64,000 bases of DNA, from contig JBITNC010000001.1 in assembly GCA_050084985.1 (NCBI GenBank), positions 188,418,001 to 188,482,000 of the forward strand. Reading direction: 5' to 3'. The notes under the pieces are model-generated. The model saw only the letters and a list, made by a program, of their open reading frames with translations, had not been told where the DNA came from and did not search any database. The DNA is from Nageia nagi (lineage: Eukaryota; Plantae; Pinophyta). Below are positions 1-12,341 of the stretch, piece by piece (the stretch's first letter is position 1; the number at the start of each line of letters is the position of its first letter). Made by a program: the position numbers and the translations under genes.

Positions 1-1867
1 ATTTGATTATATCTAGAAGATTCAAATATTGTAAGTCTTAAACATCTTAAATCTATAAAGTAATATTTTTTAACAACATTCTTTGAAAATATTAATAATC
101 AATTTTGCAAACAATTTAATAAATTTAAAAGTATTTTGAATTGAGTTTAAATATTAATATATTTATTTTTTTTGGCTAATTCCTTGGAATTTATTTTGAT
201 AATGGCTATCTAAACATTTTTGGATAATCTTCATCTTTATCATACGTGAATTTGAATATTTACATAATGTTGGATTCTTAAACTTTCAATATGATTGTAA
301 ATATCTTTTCTTCTCCATTATTGTCTAGTTGCAACTTGAACGAAAACTCTATATATCCAACTCTTCTACAATTTTAATCAACATCTCCTCGTAATAAGAT
401 TGCTTCGCAATATTCATTGGCAACCTAATTCTAGGACTTCAATTCTTATTTTCTCATTTTGCATTTAATATTAATTTTTATTTTATTTCAATTTATGAAT
501 ATAGTGCTTAATAATTAATGTAATTTTATTTTTTTGTAAACTTAGATTTATCTATGTTTTGAAATATTGTTTAAAGCACAATACTATTTCTTTCAAATTC
601 ATGTTTCATTATCCAATGATGTGAGGGGAGATGGAGAGGAGTGGGAAGATAAAACTCTAAGTTGACAAAGGAAGGTCCCAAGTTCAAAACTCTTCCCCCT
701 TACATCATGTGGATATGCTAAGTCCAACCGATGGGTGACCATGTTGGCATGGATGAGGTTGAGTGTGAGTCCCAGGTGACTTTGACAAAAGAGAACCCCT
801 TAGACACGGAATGTAATTTGAAGAAATTGGCTAGGAAGGGTAGTTTCATAAAAATTAAAAAAAAAATTGTTTCGTTCATTTTGTATATCTTTTTTTATTT
901 TTTGAACTTCATTTTTTTCAGATCTTGGTTAGTTGTCTTTATGTTTGTAAGTTGTCATTTTGTTTTTATGCTTGTAATTATAATAGAAATAGCTTTGCAT
1001 TCTTATATTTGTTAAATAAAATATTTTTATTTTAACGGAAACTTTGAAAGTACAAGTACTAAGGTTTAAGAGAAATATCAAGGTTTTTGTTGGATTTATT
1101 TTTAAACATAGTTCTCTTGATAAGAAAAATTCAAACTTACTAGGATATTAGGTACATAGATACATAGAACTTGAGGATGATATTAAATAGAATCTTGAAA
1201 TCTCAAGTGAAAACTTACCATTAGGTAAATGATATGTTTTGATTTTAAATTCATGGTATATCACATTGCCTTTGACTAAATAAGTATAAAAGTTAATTAA
1301 TTATCTTGATAAATTACATTAAGTATGTAATAACCATGGATCCTATGCAAAGTTAACAATCGATTTATCTTTACCTTAAATTTGTGGTCAAGTTAGCTAA
1401 CTCCTTACTATAACTAGTAGAGAAAGAAAAGCTTCCTTATAAAAGCATAATCTCATTATGAGAATAAATACTACTACATCAACATTTCAACCTAGTGATG
1501 TCAAGAGCTATGTAAGCATTTTTTCATTGATCATCATAAATATGGATATAATATTGAATAAGGAGTATATCATGAGTTTTGGTTATAGGTTTAATCCTAC
1601 AACATCTAACCTATGTAACATGAGTACTTCTAGTATGCTTATCTTTATTAATCCATCTAAACTAAGGTTATGTAATTTTTTAAAAGAATCTATACTGATA
1701 CATTTTAGATTTTGGGTATAACTAATACTCAAGGCAAAGAAGTAAAACAAACTTAATATGATCCACTCTCTTTCTTCATTTTACATAAGCAAAGATAAAA
1801 GTATTTAAATAAATTATGAAACAAAATGTTGGTCATCCATCTTGATTTTTTGTGAGCTATACATCTG

Positions 1868-2440
1868 TTGAACCCTAAATGGTATGCACCAAAGATTGGT
1901 AAAATGGTAATTAATGATGATATTGAGTTGAAAGATGGGTTCATGAATTTTCTTGCCAAAATATTTTTGAGAGAAGATGGTTGTCTAGTTAGAGAGGAGT
2001 TTGTAAAATTTGTAAGACTTAAGGGTTCTCATTTCAGTAGGCCAAAGTGCAAAGAGGATAGGACTATCATTGCCCAAACTAATCCCATTGGATGATGGGA
2101 TCTATATGGAGATGATGCTCTACACTTGAAGCATCTTACGATTAGGTTTCTTTCTAAGGATAGTAGATGCCGTTGGGTTGCGATTAAGTATTGTACTATT
2201 GACTATTAGTCAATTTGAAATATGAATGATTGTTTGAAATCTTAAATTTTTATTTCTCACATAATCTAATTTGAATGGTCATTTGTAGGTTAGTAGTTCA
2301 TCTACTGTAGAGAGAAATTGCTCTAGTTATGGCTTCATCCACAATCTGCAGTAGAATAGACTCACTTCTCATAGAGTTGAGAAGTTAGTTGCAGTGCATA
2401 GCTCTCTTCGCCTTTGCGAGAGTTACGCCATAGTATAGGG
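1868..2440 (+). pseudogene. Decayed hAT transposase, C-terminal part (dimerisation domain)
   Basis: LNPKWY...NPIG*WDLYGDDALHLKHL, then after a short intron SSSTVERNCSSYGFIH..NRLTSHRVEKLVAVHSSLRL, the typical hAT C-terminal motif; contains stops. Confidence 0.8.
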
Positions 2441-2717
2441 CTAGTCTAGCTGCACGTTGGGATGTTAATCCAGTAGAGGCAAGTCAGCTTAAGGCTGATG
2501 ATGATGATGTTGATGGGGCAATGTTTGGATTGACATTGCATACTCTTCAGTTGAATGATAAGAGCAGCTCATCAGATAGCTCAACAGATGAGGAGGATAT
2601 GGATACACCACCATTAGCAGATGAGCCTATAGAGCCATAGACTATAGTGGTTATTTTGGCATTTTCATTTGTTATATAGATACTTATTTAATATTTCACT
2701 ATTCAACATACTCATTT

Positions 2718-3986
2718 TGTGACATCCCCCTTTCCTCATTGTAATTACTTATGGAATCCCATGGATTCCCCTTTATATATATTTATTTATTTAACTGCAC
2801 TTTAGTTGTTATTACTTGGGATATAAGATATAAAGGTCCGTTGGACCTCACTGTGAGCCCCAAGTGGGACGTCTTCCTTCCAAGCATAGGCTGGTGTGAT
2901 TTAATATGATTTTATGTACTTGAAGATCTCGAGAAGTGATTGTGAGAATCCCAAAGGCTTATTTAGCACTTAGATGACACTAGAGCATGGATAAACACCT
3001 ATTTTCCCCAATGTTGAAATTAGGAGCACTTGTACATATGCACCAGCCTTGGGGAGTCTTCTAAACCCCCACGTTGGGCCATGACACCCATGCATGCCTT
3101 CTAAAGACCCATGCATGTCTTCTAGACCCACGCATGCCCTCTAGACCCATGTTGAGCTTGAGGACCTACGTTGAGCATGGGAAGGGTCCAGATACCCACG
3201 TTGGGCTTGGAATGATTCTTAGATACCTTCGTTGGGGTTTGTGGGGCTTCTAGGAAGCCAACATTAGAACAGGAAGGTTGGGTGATGATTTTGAGGTGAG
3301 ATCCAGATCCAATATGAGCTATATTAGGCCTTGGGGCATCCTTGTTGAATATACTTGATTAAATTATTATTATTACTCATACCATCTAGTGGACACAAGC
3401 CTTAGCACAGCATCAAGTAACATTCCTAAGTACAACATCTAGGAGGGTTAGTAGGTTGAGGGATCATGTTGATCTATGGCTAAAGTGCAGTATCTTAGTC
3501 CATCTGGTGGGATTTTGAGGTCGCATTCCTACCTTCAATCGTTTCTCGACATGGGAGTTCTGCAGCAAAGCATCCAGGCTTGAGGGAGTGAGGCTATCCC
3601 ATCCATTGTTCCACAATTCCAACATTGATCACATTTGTCCAGTCGTTGTACACTAGTTGGCTCTTGGGAGGCCAACGTTGAGCCTTGTGGCCTGGTATTG
3701 TATCATTGTTCATTATACATCATTAATACAATCATTAGGCATTTGGATCTCAATATTATTTATGTATTCGTCCATTATTGCAACGTTGAGGTGTGATTGT
3801 TCATTTATGAATGTATGAGTCAAACGTTGGCATTATTGTATCGCTTAATCTTAGATTAGATGCCCTAGTCTTGACATTGGCATTATGAGGTTGTTTGTGC
3901 TTGTATTTGAGGCTCTAGGCAAGAAATGGGTTCATACTTGGTTATTTTTTATTAACTGCACTTGAGTTTGTGATTAGGATCTTACA
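2718..3986 (+). repeat. 5' LTR of the Gypsy element
   Basis: TGTGACATC...CTTACA; direct repeat of 7615-8851; followed by PBS. Confidence 0.9.
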
Positions 3987-3987
3987 A

Positions 3988-3999
3988 TGGTATCAAAGC
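3988..3999 (+). promoter_or_regulatory. Primer-binding site (initiator tRNA-Met)
   Basis: TGGTATCAAAGC, one mismatch to TGGTATCAGAGC, 1 nt after the LTR end. Confidence 0.85.
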
Positions 4000-4819
4000 T
4001 TAGATCTGGCCAACCTATAAATGAAACCTATAGTCCACAACGACTAAATCAGATCTAGCACTAGGAGAGAGATGACTTCAACGAAGAAGAGTGCGAAGAT
4101 GTAGCATGAGAAAACCCCTGGTAGAGCCACTCAAGATGAGGATCACCGACCTTGGATGGATGACGTTCCTAATAGGGATAATTTTGGTGAGGAGAAAGAG
4201 GCAAATCCATATCGACTAGGAGAGGAGCTCTACTCCAGCTAAAGAGTCTATGCCAAAGAGGAAATTCAATGAGCTCATTTCGACCATACACAATATGATG
4301 AGTGTGATGACCACCATGCAGAAGTAGATGACAGCCATCAATAGGTTTGTTAGAGGTCAAAAAGTGCCAGATAGGCAGGTGAGCCCCCTACATTCTACTC
4401 CATATGAAGAAGAAGAGCCAAGAGAGGAGGATAGGATGGAGAGGGAGTCGAGTTTGGGGAGATCCCAGAGCCTGAGGGATAGAGTGTCTACCCATCACGG
4501 ATTCAGAGCCTACATTTTTTAGGTCCCACTATATAGGGAACTAACCCTCTCCTAGTTGGGAAGATAGGGGAGTATCCCATTATCCCTAAACCATCCAAGC
4601 TTATGTTCGCCAAGAAGTCCATCGATGAGGGCAAGAATTGGATCCCCAACCCTCTTGAGTTGAACCAGATTTTCAGGGAATACTCCATGTTAGAACCAAG
4701 ACTGAAGAGGGGCATGAATTTCAACAACTACTTAAAGATCTTAGGGTTGAAGGGAGGTAGCTCACACGACACACTCCAAAAGCAACTCGTGGGGTGATAA
4801 GAGGGATTTGCAATAAAAG

Positions 4820-6071
4820 ATCAATAAAATGCAGGTGCCCTTATATGACGACAAGAAGATGACGGCTACAGCTTGGCTCCATCAGTTGCAAACCTACTTC
4901 ACTTTTAGTCCAAATCAGGATGAGACTCATTTCGCAATGTTGCATTTTGAGGGTGATGCCCTCAGATGATGGCAGCATGGAGTGATTAGCCAAGATTACT
5001 CCCACATTTCCTCTTTCGATGAGTTTGCTCAAAGATTGGTAAAGAGGTTTGATAGAAAGAGAGAGAATGACTACTTTCGAGAGTTGACATCTCTAAAGCA
5101 GCAAGGTGCAGTGGATGAAATATGTCAAATTTCTAGAAAATTGCAATTATGATCCATAATATTCTAGAGGAGAGATTGACCTTCCTCTTCAAAGAGGGAT
5201 TGATGGAAGCCTTGCAAGGTATGTTCAATGTCTTAACACCACAAAATCTGGATGACCCCATTAAGGCTGCATATGACTTGGAGCCTACCATGAAGTCTCT
5301 CAAAGGAGAGCAGAAGCACAAAGGGCAAGCCACTCGAAGGATGTTTGCAAAAAAAGAGGGGCCTAGCAGGTCCAACCCTTTCCCTCACCTCGAACAAGCC
5401 AATTGGATGCAACCACCAAGAGAAAGTTGAGAGAAGAGGGAAAGTGCTTCTATTGCAAGAAGACATGGGAGCCAGGACACCATTGCCCAGGAAAGGGGTA
5501 GATACACTACATTTAGGTATTTTCGGATGAGGAGGATGATTCAAATTTGGACCTTGGTACAGACATGTTGGACCAAGAGGCACCCAAAGCAGAAGCTTCG
5601 TTGGGGTGCATGATTACTTCATTCCATATAGTGAAAAAGTACCTCACATTGAAGGTGGTGGGGCAAGCTGGTGGCCAAGATGTGATGGTCTTAATATACC
5701 CTAGAACCTCTCATAATTTCATTAATGAGGGCTTTGCATAAAAGAAGGGCCTCAAGACCAAGGGGTTCAAAGGTTTCAAGGTTTTCAATGCCAATGGGAA
5801 ACTCACATTGGTGTACCAAATTGTGGAGAGAATTGGGATGAGATTACAAAGCTATACGATGAGAGAAGATTTATATGTTTATCCTCTAAAGGGACATCCT
5901 CACATCATCTTGGGCATGCAGTGGCTATTCGAGTTGAGCGATATTCGCACCAACTACAAAAATCTCACCATGAGCTTCGATATTGATGGTGAGATCCACA
6001 CCTTGCAGGGAATTCTGGATGATTTCCCACAAGTCACCAACAAGAGATTGGAGGTGATCAAGCCACGTTAG
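4820..6071 (+). pseudogene. Gypsy gag and aspartic protease remnants
   Basis: WLHQLQTYF..AMLHFEG gag-like motif; ..SHNFI.. and HIILGMQWLFEL..TMSF retropepsin-like motifs; frameshifts and stops. Confidence 0.75.
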
Positions 6072-6094
6072 AAAAGGGAAGAGGAAGAAGATGA

Positions 6095-7190
6095 TCCCAT
6101 GTTGAACATGGAGGAGCTTTGGCACCAAACAAGGAGCAATGATGAGCTCCCACACCCCATGTTGAACATGAAAGAGCCATGGTACTTGACATTGAGCTTG
6201 GAGGGGCTCTTGGACCCCAAGTTGGAAATGGAAGGGCTTCTACACCTCATGTGAGACATTGAGGGGCAATGAACATGGAGGTGAAGGGATTGAAATATAA
6301 CTGATACAATCCTAAACTACCAAGATCTCATGGAAGTTCATACTAACTTTAATAATCCAAGAAGACAATCTCACAAAGTGACTCAAGATATAAAGTGGTT
6401 CCTCCAACTATGAGTACATCCATTAACTAGATCTTACTTCATTCACAAAGACAACTCTCTTACAATCCTCCTAACTTCATCTCCTAAACACTATCCTAGA
6501 GCATAACTTTGCTTCACAAATTGGTGAGTGATCACAAAGAAGGGGCCTTCTATTTATAAGCCAAAATCCCCTTTTGGATCACCTTTTTAACCATTGTACA
6601 AAGGCAGGACATGCTACTCCCTTTTACCCAAGGGGCATGCTCATGACATGGAGTGTAGGACAAGTTACATTATCATATTCACTTAATTACTTAAGGTATC
6701 TAGCGATACCATTAAGTCTTAGTAAATTTACAAAGAGGATTATTACAAAACCTTACAATAATGTATTATACATTCCAATAGGAGGGACTCTTGCACCCCA
6801 TGTTGGGCTTGGAGAGGCTTAGGTACCCCACATTAGGCATGGAAGAGTTCATGCACCCCATGTTGGACCTAGAGAGGCTTAGGTACCCCACGTTAGACAT
6901 GGAGGAGTTCTTGCACCCCACGTTGGGCTTAGAGAGGCTGAAGCACCCACCGTTAGACATGGAGGAGTTCTTACATCCCATGTTGAGCTTAGAGAGGCTT
7001 AAGCACCCTACATCTGGCATGGAGGAGTATTGGCATCCCACGTTGGACCTTGAGAGGCTTGGGTACCTGACATTAGATATGAGGGAGTATTAGTATCCCA
7101 CATTGAGCATAGAGGAGCCATAGCACCTTACATTGGGCTTGGAGGAAGTCTGGCACCCAACATTGAGCTTGGGGAAGTCTTGGCCATAGC
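6095..7190 (+). repeat. 30-bp tandem repeat array (about 20 units, partly a 60-bp dimer), split by a solo LTR
   Basis: Unit ~CACCCCACGTTGGGCTTGGAGAGGCTTAGG; translates as a 10-aa repeat (HPTLGLERLR-like). Confidence 0.85.
6282..6780 (-). mobile_element. Solo LTR of Copia family B
   Basis: Reverse complement matches the LTRs at 42627, 57247 and 60333; perfect 5-bp TSD GGAGG at 6277-6281 and 6781-6785. Confidence 0.9.
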
Positions 7191-7614
7191 CATGGAGCAA
7201 AGGCTCTACATTTTTCTACTTATGCTTGATCTTCTTGATGCTTTTGCCAGTACATCCTTCAAGAGTCTTCCATATAATCTCTAGCATAACTAGATGCCTG
7301 GCTTGGATGAGTGCATTAGCATTCTTGCATACACTCCTATGTTTTCTGAGGATGTTTGCAGGCATTTTTGTACTTAATATGGATTATCAACACTAGATTG
7401 AACCCCAACATATCAAAATTTTTTGCATGCAATATTGACACATGAGAAGCCAACTTGAACGTTTCATGCAGGGTCTTCATTATGGGGGTGATTTATTTAA
7501 GTTGCATTCCACTTTAGTAGATCACAATTGACAAAGTAAAAGGATTCTTAGAAGACAATATGTTGCAACATTCTACAATTGCTTTGAGGGCAAGCAATTC
7601 GATAGGGGAGGCTT

Positions 7615-8851
7615 TGTGACATCTCCCTTTGCTCATTTTAATTAATTATGGGATCCCACATATTTACCTTTGTTTATATTTATTTATTTAATTAAGCTTT
7701 GGTTGTTATTACTTGGGATAGAAGATATAAAGGTCTGTTGGACCCCACTGTGAGCCCCAAGTGGGATGTCTTCCTCCCAAGCATAGGCTAGTGTGATTGA
7801 ATATGATTTTATGTACTTGGAGATTCGGAGAAGTGATTGTGGGAATCTCAAGGCTTATTTAGCACTTAAATGACACTAGAGCATGGATAAACACCTATTT
7901 CCCCAACATTAGAATGGGGAGCACTTGTACACATGTACCAACCTTTGGGAGACTCTTAAACCCCCACATTGGCCCATGACACCTACGCATGCCTTCTAGA
8001 CCCATGCATGCCCTCTAAACCCATGTTGAGCATGAGAACCCACGTTGAGTATAGGAAGGGCCTAGATACACACGTTGGGCTTGGAATGACCCCTAGGCAC
8101 CTTCGTTGGGGTTTGTGAGGCTTCTAGGAAGCCAACGTTGGAACAGGAAGGTTGGGTGATGACTTTGAAGTGAGATCCAGATCCAGTGTGAGCTATTTTG
8201 GCTTTGGAGCATCATTGTTGGATATACTTGATTATTATTATTATTCATACCATCCAATGGACATAAGCCTTGGTGCAGCGTCAAGCAACATCCCTAGGTG
8301 CAACATCGAGAAGGGTTAGCAGGCTAAGGGATCCTATTAATCTACGACTAAAGTGCAACATCTTAATCCATCTGATGGTATTCGAAGGTCGCATTCCTAC
8401 TTTCAATGGTTTCCAAGCGTGGGAGTTATACAACAGAGCATCCAAACTTGAGGGGGAGAGGTTGTCCCATCCATTATTCTGCAGTTCCAATATTGATCAC
8501 ATTTGTCCAATCGTTGTGCCCTAGTTGGCTCCTGGGAGGCCAACGTTGAGACCTATGGGCCTGGTATTGTATCATTGTCCATTGTACATCATTAATACAA
8601 TTGTTGGGCATTTGGATCTCAATATTGTTTGTGTATTCGTCCATTATTGCAACATTGAGATGTGATTGTTCATTTATGCATGTATAAGATGTTGGCTTTA
8701 TTGTGTTGCTTAGTTTTAGATTGGATGCCCTAGGCCTAACGTTGGCATTGTGAGGTGGTTTGTGCTTATATTCAAGGCTCTAGACCAGACATGGATGCAT
8801 ACTTGGTTATTTTTTATTAATTGCACTTGAGTTTGTAATTGGAATCTTACA
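7615..8851 (+). repeat. 3' LTR of the Gypsy element
   Basis: Direct repeat of 2718-3986, preceded by a PPT. Confidence 0.9.
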
Positions 8852-10044
8852 CATGTCAATGTCCACTCTATGTATTTGATTCAAACCTATGACATTATGA
8901 TTCAAATGGATTATGACATTATGATTGTGTTATCAGATTTACCATTTTTTTTACAATTATGTCTTGAAGTTGAATTTCTAATTTCAATTCCATGTTTTCA
9001 ATTTGTATACATGACTGAATTTGATAATATGTTCATTCATCATAATAAAACAAATTGGAAACGATAAAATCTTAAAAATCTGAAAAACTTGATAGTTTTT
9101 ACTAATGTTATACTTCTTGTTTCTTGGTCATTCCTCAAAAACGACACTCTACATTCCCCTCTTCTTGGATACATGTTTCCCCACTCCCCGACCTTGTGGA
9201 ACACTAATAAAAACATATGTACACAGCATTTCTAAAAACATAAGCAATTCAACAGTTCTTACATGTATTCTTTTTTATGACTGAATAAAACGAGTGAAGT
9301 CCACAAATAAACTCAGAATAGCCTCAGCGAACCTATAACAATCCAACAAACTAAAGATTCAATAAACATTACAAAAGAAACAAGACCAGCATAAAGCACG
9401 TAAAATCATAATGTGAATCACTGATATAAATAGCCAATGCTCTCTATTCCATTACCGAAGGCACCTTATAAAGACAACAATGTTGACATGAGTGAATGCA
9501 TTCACTGTACTGTTTCCAACTTAAACCACATTAACATGACCAAAGCTATTTTATTAATGTTTAACCTTGCAATAATAATAATACAGCCAAATAATAATAC
9601 AGCCAAATTCACCTCTCACAAAGTAGTGATAAAATTCCAATGTGGGTAACATTTACCGGTTAAGAATTTCCTTGAACACAGCTCCTCATAATATGCAAAT
9701 ATAATACATGCAACTAACTGATCGATAGACATGCTGCAAAGATACAAGCATGGTCATGTATAACAGGATGTGTCATAAAACAATTTCATACTTAGAGCCT
9801 ACACAGTAGCAAGCATTTTGAAAAAACTTATGGCATCTCTTCTAAAGCACAATAAACAAAGAGAAAAGCCTGCAATGTCATAAAATAAATGAAAATGTTA
9901 CATCAGGAAAAAGGCTGAAAAACAATTTCTAGTCTAATAATACATCAGTGAAGTCCAAAATACCCTTAAGAGAAGACTTGAGCAGGTATCAAAAATATAC
10001 TAGCACAGCAGAAGATACCTGCTTTCTTCAATACCAGAAAACCC

Positions 10045-10450
10045 TTAGTGCTGCTGCATTTGTTTATTTGGTTTTTGTATTGGTGCATCCCCAACTAATT
10101 CATTTTTGTTTGTACATTTGCAGTTACTCCTGTTAAGATTTGATCCACACTTGAAACATGATCCTTTGCAATTGAGATCACAAAGAGCATCCATGCTATA
10201 CTCAAGGTGTACGATATCCCGAACATACTTTGAGATATCTATTTCCTTCTCTTCAAATGGAAAATGCATTTGGTCATCCAAGTCAAGGTCCAGTTCTTCC
10301 TCATCATCATCAATGTCTACATAACCTGTCTCTGCCTTATCTTTCTCAAAGTCAATTGTCATGTCCATATCAAATAGTTCCTCAATAGGCTTTTCACGAA
10401 GTAGCAGACAGAAATTTGAAAAGATACGTTTAACAGCTGGCTCTCCACAC
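10045..10450 (-). CDS. YCED1: DUF177/YceD chloroplast 23S rRNA accumulation protein, exon 2
   Basis: CGEPAVKRIFSNFCLLL..acidic stretch..DISKYVRDIVHLE..LCDLNCKGSCFKCGSNLN, the DUF177 C-terminal Cys motifs; acceptor CAG|G at 10451/10450; phase matches exon 1. Confidence 0.9.
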
Positions 10451-11954
10451 CTGCTCCATTGCCATTTGGCTACCAAAATAAATAAAATTTGTAACATGGG
10501 GGAACAAATATAGGAAACAGACAGTCACTATTATACTAATTGCAGAATTTCTACAGAGAAAAGCCTAGGTAATAGAGAACGGAGTTATTTTATAAAGCTG
10601 CAGTCTGCACCTGTCAAACAACATACTAAGCAGAAAGGTAAGTTGATGTTAACATTTCTAGATTCCCCTCAGATGAGGTATTTGCCATCTCACATTAACG
10701 ATGTTTCCTACAAGTATTGAGAAGACTAACAGATTTCGTGTCACCAAATTTTAACTGCTATACTACTCCCCCTAGAACCTGAAACCTAAGATGAATGTCT
10801 GTTTAAAGCAGACATTAGGTTACATGCCTTGAACTTGATGCTTCCAAGCAAAAGAAAAACATATTCCTATAACTCTGATGAAAATTATCTCTGCATCAGA
10901 CAAAAACTCAGAGTGAGCCCAATAGGTAAGGCTTGTGTACTCCATAGAGCGCAAGTTCAAAGCCACGGTTTCAATATGATGCCTCTTTGTGTACGGATAG
11001 TAGACATATAGGAAGTACAAGGTGATTCCATATATACATCATGGACCTTTAAAAACATGTTTTTCTTGTGGTTGAATAAGAACATACAAATTTGAAAAGG
11101 AATTATTGACAGAAATAATGAGAAACCAAGAAAACAAACGCTTATGCCATGCTTGTTGAAATTCCTGAAATTTCATAAAAATCCACCTTTTCAGTTTTCT
11201 TCAATGTGCCTAAATTCCCTGTCCATCACGCAACCTGCCAGGCTTTCTGCTCAGACTACAACTCTCTCTGTCCTTCCCATGTTCTTCCCTTCTATATTCA
11301 TCATTGTTCTTTCATACACCATAAATAGAAAAGCAAGAAATGGGAGCATGGTCCATCACTTGAGTAGAAGCCAAAAACTGTTTTGTTTACATGGCTATTA
11401 TATTCCAAGAATGAACATATATTTCTCCCCTCTCTCTATCCTACCCCTCCAGTTTCGCTATTAGGTTCAATCTATATCATTTGATATATGATCAAACAGA
11501 CCCATATCCCTTGAGATGGTTAAAAAGAGTAGGAACTAAAAGTTAGAAAAACATGCAAATTAAAATTGCTGTATATACTGATTTTATTGATGAGAAAGAA
11601 TGTGATTTAGCTCCATTTAATTTTCGTAAGTAATCTGGAGGAACCATATTTGTGTGACCAAAATGTTGTATTTTACAGAACGCAAAATAAGTATAGATTG
11701 GGCTAAGATATCCCATTGATACATACGAGGTAAATATTATCTCTTTTATCCCCGAAAGAAAGAGGACATAAATAATAAGAAAACTACTTCTATTGAATCT
11801 AGCATCACAATCTAGTGACATGGCCCATGGACAGAACATTACAACTCAGACTTAGCTAAACATGCTACCCCTAAGCATAACATTACAATTTGTGAGAGAG
11901 CCACCCACTTCAACTCATGGTCAAAAAGCATTGATCACCAAATACACTTTGACC

Positions 11955-12341
11955 CATAGAATATTAATACGGCGTTTAAACACAAAAAATGGCATTTTTT
12001 TTCCATTTTGAATTTTCCTGTACATTGCTCCAAAAAATGGAAAAAACGTCGTTTTCCTTTTTAAAAGAGGGGCTGTTTAAACGATGTTTAAACATGTAAA
12101 AAACATTGAATGCAAGTTTAAAACGTGGTCGTTTTTTCCTGTACCCGTCATTTTTTCCATATTTGCAAGTTTTGTGCACAAACTTTCCCCTTTTTTCCCC
12201 TTTTTTGGCGTTTTTCCCATATTCATGAATTTTAAAACCCACGATTTTTTGCCGTATTCATCGTTATTTGATTGCTTTTTTGCCGTTTTTACGTATTTAG
12301 CCCTGAGCCGTATTTTCAAAAAACCATTTTTTTATTCTATG
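11955..12341. mobile_element. hAT-type MITE (387 bp)
   Basis: TIR CATAGAATA/TATTCTATG; 8-bp TSD CTTTGACC/CTTTGAAC; CpG-rich subterminal motifs. Confidence 0.85.

Larger units (their letters stand above)
2718..8851 (+). mobile_element. Non-autonomous Ty3/Gypsy (chromovirus-like) LTR retrotransposon with gag and protease only
   Basis: LTRs 2718-3986 and 7615-8851 (TG..CA); near-perfect TSD CATTT/CATGT; PBS TGGTATCAAAGC at 3988; PPT AGGGGAGG before 7615; no RT, RNase H or integrase motifs seen. Confidence 0.9.
1..9206 (+). mobile_element. Old hAT DNA transposon (3' part), interrupted by a Gypsy insertion at 2718-8851
   Basis: Transposase remnant; candidate right terminus ...GTGGAACACTA ending at 9206; left end not visible, boundaries tentative. 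Confidence 0.4.

Noticed and set aside
6766-7093. Stand-alone repeat-protein genes on either strand
   Set aside because: The ORFs arise from the 30-bp array inside a retroelement; considered only as a possible Gag-protease extension
10451-10497. N-terminus MLQILF..WQWS of the 150-aa ORF
   Set aside because: Intronic read-through; homology and the splice acceptor place the exon start at 10450
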